From Bugula neritina (taxonomy: Eukaryota > Animalia > Bryozoa), in assembly GCA_964035545.1 (NCBI GenBank), contig OZ037765.1:13588698-13652697 (forward strand): 64,000 nt of DNA. Reading direction: 5' to 3'. Numbering within the stretch: the stretch's first letter is position 1; each line of letters begins with the position of its first letter. Below are positions 52,554-64,000 of this stretch, piece by piece. Both the position numbers and the translations under genes were made by a program. The notes beneath the pieces are model-generated. The model saw only the letters and a program-made list of their open reading frames with translations, was not told the origin of the DNA and ran no database searches.

Positions 52554-55500
52554 ATGGCACCAAGAAGCATGGTATTCACAGTGGCTATACTGCTAGTTGT
52601 CAGCAGCATTCACAGTGTAACAGCAACTACAGATGGAGCTCTATCTTCTGCTTGCACAAATGCTAACATGTTTCCATCTGGACATGGAGCTAGTGCGCAA
52701 ACATCACCATCACCTTACGCTATTGAGCTCAGCAACAACACATATTCACCTGGTGGAGAAATAACAGGTAACTTAACATATAATTTTTCCTAACTTTGAA
52801 AAAAGCTGCAGTTTATGTAATTTAAAAATGTTTAACAAATAGAAAGGTTTAAAAAATGAAGAGGTTTTTTTATGAAAACTACAATGCTGTAGTGTTCCAA
52901 CTATTTTTGAATGAACAATGGTTTAATCATGCATTATGTACAGATGTTTTGCTAATACATAACTTATTCATTAGATACTGAGTATAAATATTAATATTTT
53001 ATGAAATTCTAAATATTCTTATTGTCTTTTCATGAGCATGAGCCATCTATTAACAAATTCATCAGCATTATCCTGTAGCTACAACTAAATATATACATGT
53101 ATATGCATGCATATGATTATTATATTTTAGTGACTTTAAAGGGATCCCAATCTTTTAAGGGTTTCATGATTCTTGCATTACCAGAGAATGATGCAAGTGG
53201 ATCCCCAGTTGGAAGCTTTGTAGTGGATGGATCTCATATTAAACCTCTTTGTACTAAGGTGAGTTTTTATTGAGATATCTCCCAGACTGCACTGTTGGAA
53301 TGTAAAGCGATACAGGCAATTCTGTGTACAGTCAAGGTTGCTTGAAGTATATATATGTATATATCAAATAACTTTAATGTGATGATTGTAGGGGTTGACT
53401 CATACCAGAGATTTCTCCTCCGCGCCTACAGACAATTTGGTGCTCAAATGGACAGCTCCAGATACCTATGAAGGAAACATAGTGTTTTAGTAAGTCTACT
53501 GTTAGTGTGATTGCCGATTTGTTATTTATAAAATGATATGATATTTGTATGTCATATTTTCTTGTACTTTTACAAAGAATGGTGTTATATTCATTGAAAC
53601 TGTCTCAAATGAGAATTTATTTCTGTTAAATTTCCAAGGCTGATGAAATATGAATAGGCTTTCATTGGCTATAGATTTCTACAACTACTATAATTTGCTA
53701 CTTGCATGGATAAAAGCAATTCAGCGAACAACTTTGCACGTTTGCCTTTGCTGTTTGGGAAGTGTTGGAGATTTCAGTTTGGGAGTTTGGAACCTGCCAG
53801 TACTTATAAACAAATTATAATATCAACTTCAGCTCTCAAGTATTTATGGGTGCATCAGAATGGTTTATATATTTTGTTAGTGCAACATTTGTACAGACAA
53901 TGCCTACATTCTGGGTTAAAGTTCCATCTGCTGTACTACAGCCATATACAGCAACAGCTACTACCACAACACAAACTACAACGAGAACTACAACCCAAAC
54001 CAGTAGTAAAACCACAATGAGATTAAGAAGTACTACAGAAACAGGCACAGCCACATATAATACAACACCCAACTCTGGGACAAGACATGCCGGTATATTG
54101 CTAGCCGTTAGAGGTAAGAGCTGCTCATGTGGTTGAAGACAACTATAATGATAGCAAAACTATAATGATAGTATGACTAGTTATGATTAGTTCCATGCTT
54201 CACATTCTCTTCTCTATGCTCGAAGTGGAAATGGTTTAATTGTCATCAATTTCGACTGCCTGTAATTAACATGATTGCCACTAACTTTTTGGTGTGAAAG
54301 AACTTGTAATCACCGATCTACTAATAACTAGCTTCAGTGGACATCTTATTATAACTTACTTACATATACATATATGTATATGTATACATAATATAAGCTC
54401 ATCTGTACATGGGCTTATGACTTTAGGTGCCCTGGCAGTTTATTGTGGGTTACTATAAAATGAAGGGTTAGGTACATATATTTTATCAATCATCCATGCT
54501 CTGGTTATGACCTTGTGGTCATGAGCACCTTGGGTAATGAATGCACTTTAGGTCACTATAAGTAATTGTTGATCAAGTATCTACATTATATGTTAACCAC
54601 ATGATGACTAAATTCCTTGTTATGTCAAGAATAATAATTTTCTCAGTTGAATTCTGCAGAAGTTGTATTACTTGAATTGGGTTGTTAGTACAAATAGTTA
54701 TGACCTCTTAAAGCCAACATTTCCTAATTCTGCTGTATAAAGTTCAACTAAAGCTCACCTCAACAAGTTTAGTGCTAGGTATCAACAGCTATAGTGCTAG
54801 GTATCAACAGCTATAGTGTTAGGTATCAACAGCTATAGTGTTGGGTATCAACAGATATAGTGCTAGGTATCAACAGCTATAGTGCTAGGTATCAACAGCT
54901 ATAGTGCTAGGTATCAGCAGCTATAGTGTTAGGTATCAACAGCTATAGTACTAGGTATCAGCAGCTATAGTGCTAGGTATCAACAGCTATAGTACTAGGT
55001 ATCAGCAGCTATAGTGCTAGGTATCAGCAGCTATAGTGCTAGGTATTAACAGCTATAGTGCTAGGTATCAATAGCTATAGTGCTAGGTATCAACAGTTAT
55101 AGTGTTAGGTATCAACAGCTATAGTGCTAGGTATCAACAGCTATAGTGCTAGGTATCAACAGTTATAGTGTTAGGTATCAACAGCTATAGTACTAGGTAT
55201 CAACAGCTATAGTGCTAGGTATCAACAGCTATAGTGCTAGATATCAACAGCTATAGTGTTAGGTATCAACATCTATAGTGCTAGGTATAAGAAGCTATAG
55301 TATTAGGTATCATGTACTATAATAAAAGCAACTCAACTGCTGGCAGTGAATGACTCATGGTAGCTAATGACTAAGTAAATGAAATTTCCGATCAACTATT
55401 TTTAATATCTTTCGGCACCCCCAAGTTTATCATTAATTAACTTAATATATAAACTCAATGCTTGATTTCCATTTTGATGCAAATCATTCAAGTACCTTAT

Positions 55501-55877
55501 GCGGCATTGCTTGGAGGTTTTTAGGAGTTGGGGAAACAGAATTAGAATTAAGAGGAAGTAACGCATAAGATTTGCCGATTAACACTTCATCGGAAGCAAC
55601 CGCTATTTGAGTCATACTGTTGAACTATTGGTTCCCCAAATAAGCTTTATAATGCTGTTTGGTCAAGTGACTTGACAGAAGCTGGCTTCTTATTGATGGG
55701 GGAATTTTTGCATTTAAAAATAAAAACATAATAATAAACATTAGAGCAAGTGATAAGATTTATATCTATATTAGAAAAAAGGTTTTAATGGACTCTAAGA
55801 ATAAATGGTTTGTTATTTTTATTTTAGATATGGCTGTTGACTGGTTGTTATATGTTTGGAACATGTCTACAATGTAA
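52554..55877 (+). CDS. Secreted reeler-domain protein (putative defense protein-like) with a Thr-rich mucin-like stalk
   Basis: Signal peptide; exons 52554-52767, 53131-53258, 53392-53489, 53881-54113 give 'GALSSAC..MFPSGHG..AQ..PSPY.I......YSPGGEITVTLKG..SFKGFMILA...PVGSF', 'THT', 'LKWTAP...GNIVFYATFVQ...TFW'. The last exon (55828-55877) is tentative. Confidence 0.85.
54771..55311. repeat. 22-bp minisatellite (AGTGCTAGGTATCAACAGCTAT), about 24 copies
   Basis: Head-to-tail near-identical units, no spacers. Confidence 0.95.
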
Positions 55878-56286
55878 GCAATTGTAAGCTCAAAGCTGAA
55901 TGATATAAGAACAATTATGTGAGGCCTAGCCCATCTATTCTAGAAGAAAGAAAGTAAAACCAAATTACACAAGGACACTTACTTTTATACTAAATTATAT
56001 TGATAATTAGTTTTTATTTTATAACGATTTATTATTATGATAAACAAAGATGGTGCAATAACATAACAATTTTATATACTGATATGTTGTTAAAGTTTAA
56101 CATAACACAGCTACAAAATGTTATCTAATTATATGCTAGTTTTTGTCTAGAAATGCTGTTAAAGAGTTCATATCAAACTTTTATAGTTTTTTCATTAAAT
56201 ACAAGCAATGCTTTCTAAAAGCATCACATGAAGTGTAATTATCGTATAAAATCCTGGCTAGTAAGTGGAGACCTGCAGATTGTGTG

Positions 56287-58955
56287 TCAGTTATCAAGGT
56301 CTTCGGCATTGAGATTCTTGGTCCAAGTAACCAGATTGTCATGCTCACCTTCGCTGTCGGAGTGCCTAGTTGGTGACCGAGGTGTGGGCAATGCTAAACA
56401 AAAAAACTTGAATGTTATTAACTGAATGTACAACACACCAGTATAACAATTGCTATTAATGGATGAAGGCTAGCAATGAGCATGGCAAAAAGTTACTGTA
56501 ATACTGCATAAGCTAGAGACGCTAGCTGGAGTTGATAACTAGATAGGACAACCTATGACTTATATAGCAATTAAAAGATTAAAGGAATTGGATGTCTTGC
56601 ATGGAGTTGAAGGAATCAGGGTTTTAAACAGTGTTGAATGAAAATTTGTAAAAAATAAATGATTATATGATATTTAGCTGCTAAGCTACAATCAACAATA
56701 AAATCAAGGTCACAAGAATAATAATATACTAAAAATACAATACTTTATTATAATTCATACCATCAACTACATAAGTTATGAAAAGAATGCTACAAAATAA
56801 TGAGAGATGTTAGTAAATCACAGGGCACCAGTGTAATAGCCACTGCATACACAAAACTCCTTCAACATTCAGATTATGAATGCTGGAACTAAGCAAATGA
56901 CCCTAATTATGCAAAAAGACTACAACATACAAATACCAAGTGATTTTCTAAGATGTAATTAAATAATACTTGGAAGTGCTACGTCTATAGCCTATTATTA
57001 GACAAATTGATCTATTACACTAGTTGCAATTTATTATCACCTGCAAGCAGGCAAAAATTTATAACCATCTAATTTAAAATGCCTCAGATTAGGAAATGGT
57101 TAGCATAAATGCTACCACGAATAGGGACGTCATATTATCATCATATGCCGTAAATATATATACAAAACATTTTCAACCTTTCCCGGTATTTACTAATTAT
57201 GCTGAGGTAATTAAAAGTGGTGTAGTCTTTGGTAAAACCTGGTATTCCTGTCATTGGACATATTAAAACAACAGATATATTAACATAACAGACATATTAA
57301 AACAACAGATATATTAACACAACAGACATATTAACACAACAGATATATTAAGGCAAAAAGGAGTTTATGTAAAATGTCTCATTTTCCCACTCTCGTTTGA
57401 TAAATTTATCATAGCTGAGAAACTGAGCTTCAGACTAAATGCTTAAAGATATCACATATTTGCAGCTTAACTGTTCATCATAATAAAACTTGTTTGAAAT
57501 TCTATGAGCATGTGATAGCAGAGCTTAAACATAGCCTTACGCTTTTTTGGTAAATAAATTTTCCTCATCTGATTAATTCTGGCCAATTTAGAATCTCTCC
57601 CTGTACTCTTTTCAGCAGCAGACGGTTTCTTCTGGTAAATAGAGCCGTAGTACACAGCATCATACCTAAAAATAGCTATTTATACGAATACCGGCCATCA
57701 CATTGAGTTTTGTAGAACTTAAGGAAGAAAATGTAGAATTATGTAAACAGCAACATATCAGCATAATATAAATAAAGCTACATGATGAAATTTAATGTAA
57801 TTAAAATAATATAGAGTCAGATGTGTGGTGGTTAACTGATCTACATGTATATGACAATTTCTTCTGTAACATATTGGATTTCAGCATTAAAGTGGTAGCA
57901 ACAAGTGGTGATAATTGACATGCAGTGCCAAAGAACATTTGGTAGTTATTGCAATTTCCACAGTCAACTGGGAACACTCACACTACTTAATCTGCTGCAA
58001 GCTTTCTTGTAAAGTTACTGCCCTGTAGCACATTGCAGAGTATTGAATGTTTAAAACACATTGCAGAAGAACTTTAACATCACATGGTACTGCTTGAAAG
58101 GAAACCTTTCCTCCATACTACTATTACATTTCACATATTCACCAAGTATATTTTGTTTATATCTATATAATTCAGCATCAACACTAAAAGTAGCAGCATA
58201 TTATACTAATAGCAGCAAAATGAGAGAAAGTTTCTAATCCAAAGCACTTACTCCATCTGCTTGTCATATTCTTCATCTAACATCTCTTCTTCAGTCATGT
58301 CAAAGTGAATCTTCTTGAGAAGGCTATCATCTTTAATGGCGTCCAAATCTGTGAATAAATTAAGAATATTAATATATGCATCTCATAAAATTTCATTTAG
58401 GTACTAATTTAAAGACTAAAAATAAAAATATCCTAAACTACACGAATAGCATAATGTAACAACATGCGCTACATAGATAAAAAAACCTAGCCTATGTAAC
58501 TCAACCCATCAAACTTACCAGATAGAACACTTGTAATTATACACTATAAACTGCAAATTTTTTTTTGAAATAATATGTTTGGCTACAACTTGAACCCACA
58601 CAGAACCAGCTTTATTTGCGGTATCATCACATCACACCCAGAGAGAAAGAAGACTCAGTGATGAACTGTATATCAAGAACCCTTACATTTGTCTAAAGTT
58701 TTCATTCATACGAGAATCTCAGATGAAAGGATTTTAAAACAGATTAAGAACATGCCTCTCCTCATGTTTTGAGAGCTTTTACTTTAGCACAGGATCAATT
58801 ACGACTGAATGCTCTTCTTCACACCACCCATAGCCAGGAGTCACATACTAGGCCAGTGCAAAGGAACAGTACTGCTCTCATATACAAAATACTGACTAAT
58901 ACCGGAGTGGTATATAATATATATTAGGAGTGTCGACTTTAGAGCGTGAAAAGTC

Positions 58956-59052
<97 letters not shown>

Positions 59053-62000
59053 TTTTTTTTAGCATTGTTATATGGTAGCTTAGACGAGTATTAAACTTCT
59101 TTTAGGACATAAACCTAACACTCAGCTATGTAATCAAAATTAACTCACATGTGTTTATAGAATGAAGATTTGGTTTTGTTGTGGCCATTCCATTCCACTG
59201 GGTGAGGTAATCATCAAATGACAACTTAGTTATTCGTTTTTGTTTGCTGACTTTACTAATCTGCTCAGTGGCATCACCCGCTGGTCTAGTGGAAGCAGGT
59301 ACTACACTCTGCTTTTCACCAACTGCCTTGAACTCACCACCTCAATAATAAAATAGTCACTCAACACAGGCTAAACTGAAGAAGCTTTAAAAAAACATCA
59401 GCCGTGTTCACATAGATCATACCAGTACATGCTTGCTTATGACAACTTAGTTACTTTGGTGACACCCAACACTGATTGAGTGACCACTTGTATCTTAAAA
59501 CATGATTCATAAAAATGTCTCTCATCTTAAGTCAACAAATTAGAAGCCATATGATGCTATGCCTACAAGCAAGTGCAAAACAGAATGTGAAGCTAGTTAT
59601 ACATACACACATAACTCATGATGTACAGCAGCTATTTTAGTTTGTCTCTTTATCGGTACAGAATTCAACATAGTATACATTCTTACTATTTATCAGTCGA
59701 CTATACTCCACACATTCCCTGACTATTTTGTTGTAAGTGAAAGGGGAGGTGGCTAACATCTCTGCTGCCTCAATGTTAACTGCATTGTCTGTAACTGGAT
59801 TGTCCAGCATGTTCTGCAAGATGAAATATTTCAAAAAATTAACGATAAATAATAAATAATATATTCAACAACTGCAAATGTTTATAAGTGTATATTGTTG
59901 CCAGCTTGATTTTAAAGTTTGTATTTGTAAAGCAGTAATGGGACTCTTAAACCATCACAGAAAATATTTTGTAAGATTGATAAAATAAATGTACAAAAGC
60001 AAAGTATAAAGACCTACATATATAGAAGTGCTGTGATGAAGCTAATTATTACCAACAAAACCTATGCATATTGAAATCAAACATGAAACGTTGAGTAAAC
60101 AGTTTTCCTGAATAGGTGTAACAATTTGATACACAGTTTTATTTCAAAGTGAAGCATTAACTTCATTGCAAGACGCAAGTTGGGTCACCTCTTCCAACGA
60201 CAACAGCCTTTACTGAAGTAATGAACCATAAAGAGACAACTCCATAGTAAATGTAATTGTCACAAAATACTAGTAAAAACCTAAAATAACAAATACGTTT
60301 GTCCTGACGAAAATTTAAATGTAGATTACAGGTATCAGATTTTCAAACTGCAGTCAGTTTGATTGCAATTAAAATGCTTCTATTACTAATATTCTATAAT
60401 TCCGCTCCATTTATATCAGTTTAATAATTGCCTATAAGCAGCTTATTTAGAGAAGATAACTCTAATATAACTATGACAACATTGTGCAAAGCAACAATGA
60501 TATGGTATGCCTGTGAAATAATGCAGCTAGTAGCTTACTGAACAAAATATTTAACATATCGATACTACCTGGATTTGTAATAAAACTGTAGACATTTTAA
60601 TATTTGGTTCCCACAGACTATAATCGTCAAGGTAATCAATGCATGGTTTGCCAGTAATCATGTCTATGTTAGGATGGTAAGGGATGGTGTGAAAGCAGAC
60701 CCGGGGTGGTCGATTGTTGTAGTACTCATCAAACTTCAAGTAAACTCTAAAGACTCCTCCTGTAAAACACACAACAGCTTCTATAACCTAAACTGGAGAT
60801 AGAAACAATTAAAACAATAGCAAAAAGAAAGATAACTCCAACTTTGATTCAAAAACATAACTTTTTGGTGTATTTGGCGATTGAACAGTAAACATTTAAG
60901 AAGCTGTTTTTCTTTAGTTAAAAGTACACTAATGAAAATAAATGCATGTTATTTTAGTGTTGTTGGAAAAAATTGATGGCTATAATAAATAAACTTAAGT
61001 TTTAGTTTAGTAATTCGCTGTTTTCAAAATTAGTAGAGTTCTAGTAAAGATTTTGTATGTGTAGACAATTTCACCATTTAGCTGTCAGCTGATGCCTATG
61101 TAAAATATTGTATTTCATCCAGAAATAATGCAATACCTACTTACTTTTCAAGTTTACTTTTTATTTAGTAAAAACCATTATTCTAAAATTGTTGGAACTA
61201 AATTAATCAGTGTTTTTTTGTTCAAATTACTAAATGCTTCTCAGTGCCAACGATTTTTAAACAGATATATGTAAAACAAAATAATGATGTCTAGTACATG
61301 ACTTGACTTGGTTAGCCATTAACAATTGATTTGCCAGTTTGGCGAGACTTCAACCCAGCTCTGGTATAGCTATTGCAACATTTAAAGGGCGCTTACAGTT
61401 ACTTTGTAATGGATACGATGGTATATTATAGTAGACTACAACTTATATATTTATGTTTATGTTTATCCTGCATGTCTATTTTAGATAAACTTTATCGAGT
61501 AACTTAGTTACAAAATATATAAAAATATTGATTGAAATGGGAAAGGAAAGCTTTATAGTGGCCAATTTGAAGGCATCTGCAGTTTGTAATATAAATAAAT
61601 TCTACAATGCTTGCATTGGTATGCCACCAATCTTTGTAGCTTTCTTGCTTTATTACTACATTACATCCAAAGCTATTCTTAGCTTATAGCAGTGCTGTTA
61701 TAATAATTCAATGTCCCTAGCACAGCACAGGTCAGTGTGTTCAGATCAAGCAGCCTCAGAGGAACTTTTTGAATTTCCCTCTTTTAACTGAAGGCTCACT
61801 ACATCTGCTACTATACTATACAAACACACAATTTTATACTCCAATATTTTATACTCTGGATCTAGACCACTGGTTTGTCATTTTGGATGACAAAGGATAT
61901 CTTATCTGTGCATCAATTTTGTAAGTCTTATTTGGATTAATATGATGTCAATTTACCTACAGTTTATGTATACATTTTACAATAGCTAATGTCATCTTGT

Positions 62001-63472
62001 TTAAATCTATAATATTCTCATAATGTTTCTCTAACTTTTTAATCTACATTGTTACTTACAACAGCTTGAGTCACTATGACTATGTATATTTATGCATTAC
62101 CTATAATGATGATGCCCAACTATTTTGATTTTGATGTAACTTATATTATCTAAAACCTTCCTGTGGTCTAATGCAGTTTATATAATTTCTATTTTTCCCA
62201 TTATATTTCCAGGGTACGATTTGATAGTTAATAAACTTAATGAACCTGTTGCCAAGTTGGCTGATAGATAAAGTCAATCACAATCTAAGTCATCCAGACA
62301 CTGTCACAAACCTGATACAATGCTATACATTTACAATTATTCATTTCCAAGATTATTTGGTGATTTAATTTTAATTCATTCAACTTTTCTATTACATTTT
62401 ATTAAAAGAATATTAATAAACAACACTAAACATTATAAAAATACACACAATAAAAACATACAGGTGCTGCTTTTTATTTACAAGTATTCATACAATCATA
62501 AATCAAATTAGTTTCTACTAGTGTTTACCTTCCCATGGTGTTCCAACAGGTCCACATATCTGAGCAGACCACTCATATATATTGTCATTGATTAAAGAAA
62601 CATCTATTCCCTACAAGCGTTTACAAAAGTAAAAATATTGATATATATTGTAAATATTATATTTGTTGCACATAGTCCAATTTTCACTTCAGGCAAATGT
62701 TTCAAGATTAAGTCAACAAATCTACATTAGCCTAGAAGGCCTTGAGGGCATATCAAAAATAGAAATGATAATACAACAAATAAAATATCCGCTATCCCAA
62801 CCTGACTACAAAGCTTCAAAAAAATAAAATTTAAAAAATCAAAATATTCAAGAACTAGAGTGTTCTTGTAGGCAAATTCAGAGAAAATTAAATACCAGTT
62901 TCAGAGTTAGAGAATTGGATGACTAATTTTAGGCAATGTGTAGGTATTCGTATTCTTAAAAACCATAATATTTATAATGCAGCCATAGCTTTGCAATCAT
63001 TGTTATTTTAGTTTTATTAAAAACTTGCCAATTACACCTGACAAAAGCAAGGGTAACATGTATACAAAAAATTTCGCAGTAACTTTGTAATTAAATCTCA
63101 AAGTCCTAAACTTTACTTAGTTGCAAATATGTGGTAAAATTACAACAAGCTAAGTAAAAAAAATAGCAAAATCAAGTCTGTTAATGAATCAAACAAAAGC
63201 TACAACTTGAGTTTACTACGGTCAATGTTATTTTACTTAAAGCTTGTCGTTCTCATTCTGATTTTCATAGTCAAAGTGGTAATGCTATTTAAAAAAATTA
63301 ATTGTTTAAACACAGTAGGTATTTCAATAACTTGATTCATTGTGAAATAGACAAATAGTTTAGAATTTAGATAAATAAAATGTCTTACCCACAGTGATGG
63401 GTTTCCCGTAGAACTAGAAGTAGATAGGGATTTTAGTTCTTTCTGAATTAACAGATGCGAACGAGATAGCAT
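56287..63472 (-). CDS. UBE2U: Ubiquitin-conjugating enzyme E2 U-like, 8 exons
   Basis: '[13 protein letters not shown]', '[21 protein letters not shown]', '[28 protein letters not shown]' (active-site Cys), '[16 protein letters not shown]', the UBE2U-like '[16 protein letters not shown]' and C-terminal '[10 protein letters not shown]'; all junctions GT-AG and in phase. Confidence 0.88.
57259..57351. repeat. 17-bp minisatellite (ATATTAA(A/C)A(C/T)AACAGA(T/C)), about 5 copies
   Basis: Seen directly. Confidence 0.85.
58958..59050. repeat. (TA)n microsatellite
   Basis: Seen directly. Confidence 0.95.
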
Positions 63473-63684
63473 AATTAGTAATTACTTTTAATTAATCGTT
63501 TAAACAACTATTTTTATTCTGAAACACGCTATAAAATTATAATAACTATATTGCATTGGTTTTGCTTTAAATATGTTTAATTTACTCTGTAATACTATCA
63601 ATTACAATCATAAAAAAGCACTACGGTTATCATTATGATTATATTCGTGTAACGTGCTATATGCAGTAAGCTTCGTTGCGGATA

Positions 63685-63830
63685 TTATTGGCCGAAAAGT
63701 CATAGCTTGCTATTATTGGTCAAAGCATTATTATTTGGCGGAAAGTGAGAAAGCAGCCATTTCGATTTGTAACCAAATAGCTTGCGCACAGTCAAACACT
63801 ATTTGTAGGTATCCAATAGCGCCGGAAGTT
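63685..63830. promoter_or_regulatory. Probable promoter of the UBE2U-like gene (possibly bidirectional)
   Basis: CpG-richer patch upstream of the ATG with CCAAT/ATTGG boxes, an E2F-like TTTGGCGGAAA (63734-63744) and an ETS-type CCGGAAGT (63822-63829). Confidence 0.45.
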
Positions 63831-64000
63831 GCGTTTTCTCTGCGCCTTTCTGATGATAATGCTTGGCTAGCTAGCCAGAGTGATTTCGCTTATTAGGTTT
63901 ACCCTTATTAGTTATTACATATAAGATTTGAGAGTCATCCCATGCATCTATAACTTTTGAAGTATAGAACACCAGATGGTCTCCTATACCTACTGATGAC

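Noticed and set aside
54771-55311. Regular 22-bp repeats as a CRISPR array
   Set aside because: Units are contiguous with no unique spacers, there are no cas genes, and the context is a eukaryotic intron; it is a minisatellite
63991-64000. CTGATGA at the window end and other isolated CTGATGA/CTGAAGA hits (e.g. ~2614, 9686, 14441, 44290, 53639)
   Set aside because: No stem II-GAAA-stem III arrangement follows, or the sequence is cut off by the window edge

Overview
AT-rich, intron-rich animal (invertebrate-like) genomic DNA, not prokaryotic. Spliced genes reconstructed by hand from GT-AG sites and frame continuity: a ceramide kinase-like gene (+, 3738-12854); four intact copies of an orphan acidic protein gene of about 196 aa (three tandem on -, one inverted on +) inside a rearranged segmental duplication of about 28 kb; an ankyrin-repeat / trypsin-fold protease fusion with a Cys at the nucleophile position (GDCGS) (-, 44845-49902); a secreted reeler-domain gene (+, 52554-~55877); and a UBE2U-like E2 enzyme (-, 56287-63472). 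Mobile and repeat DNA includes a solo LTR, a young 5'-truncated LINE, older LINE remnants, TA-flanked non-autonomous DNA transposons, and satellites. Most notable findings: (1) two tandem type I hammerhead ribozymes 125 nt apart bracketing a rod-like hairpin (retrozyme-like unit, 48145-48324), plus a third hammerhead-like motif at 52155-52197 (-); (2) the ANK + Cys-type chymotrypsin-fold protease; (3) a dismembered defensin-like gene; (4) an intron presence/absence difference between paralogs, with flanking direct repeats. All exon models and family assignments come from reading motifs by eye, without database searches.
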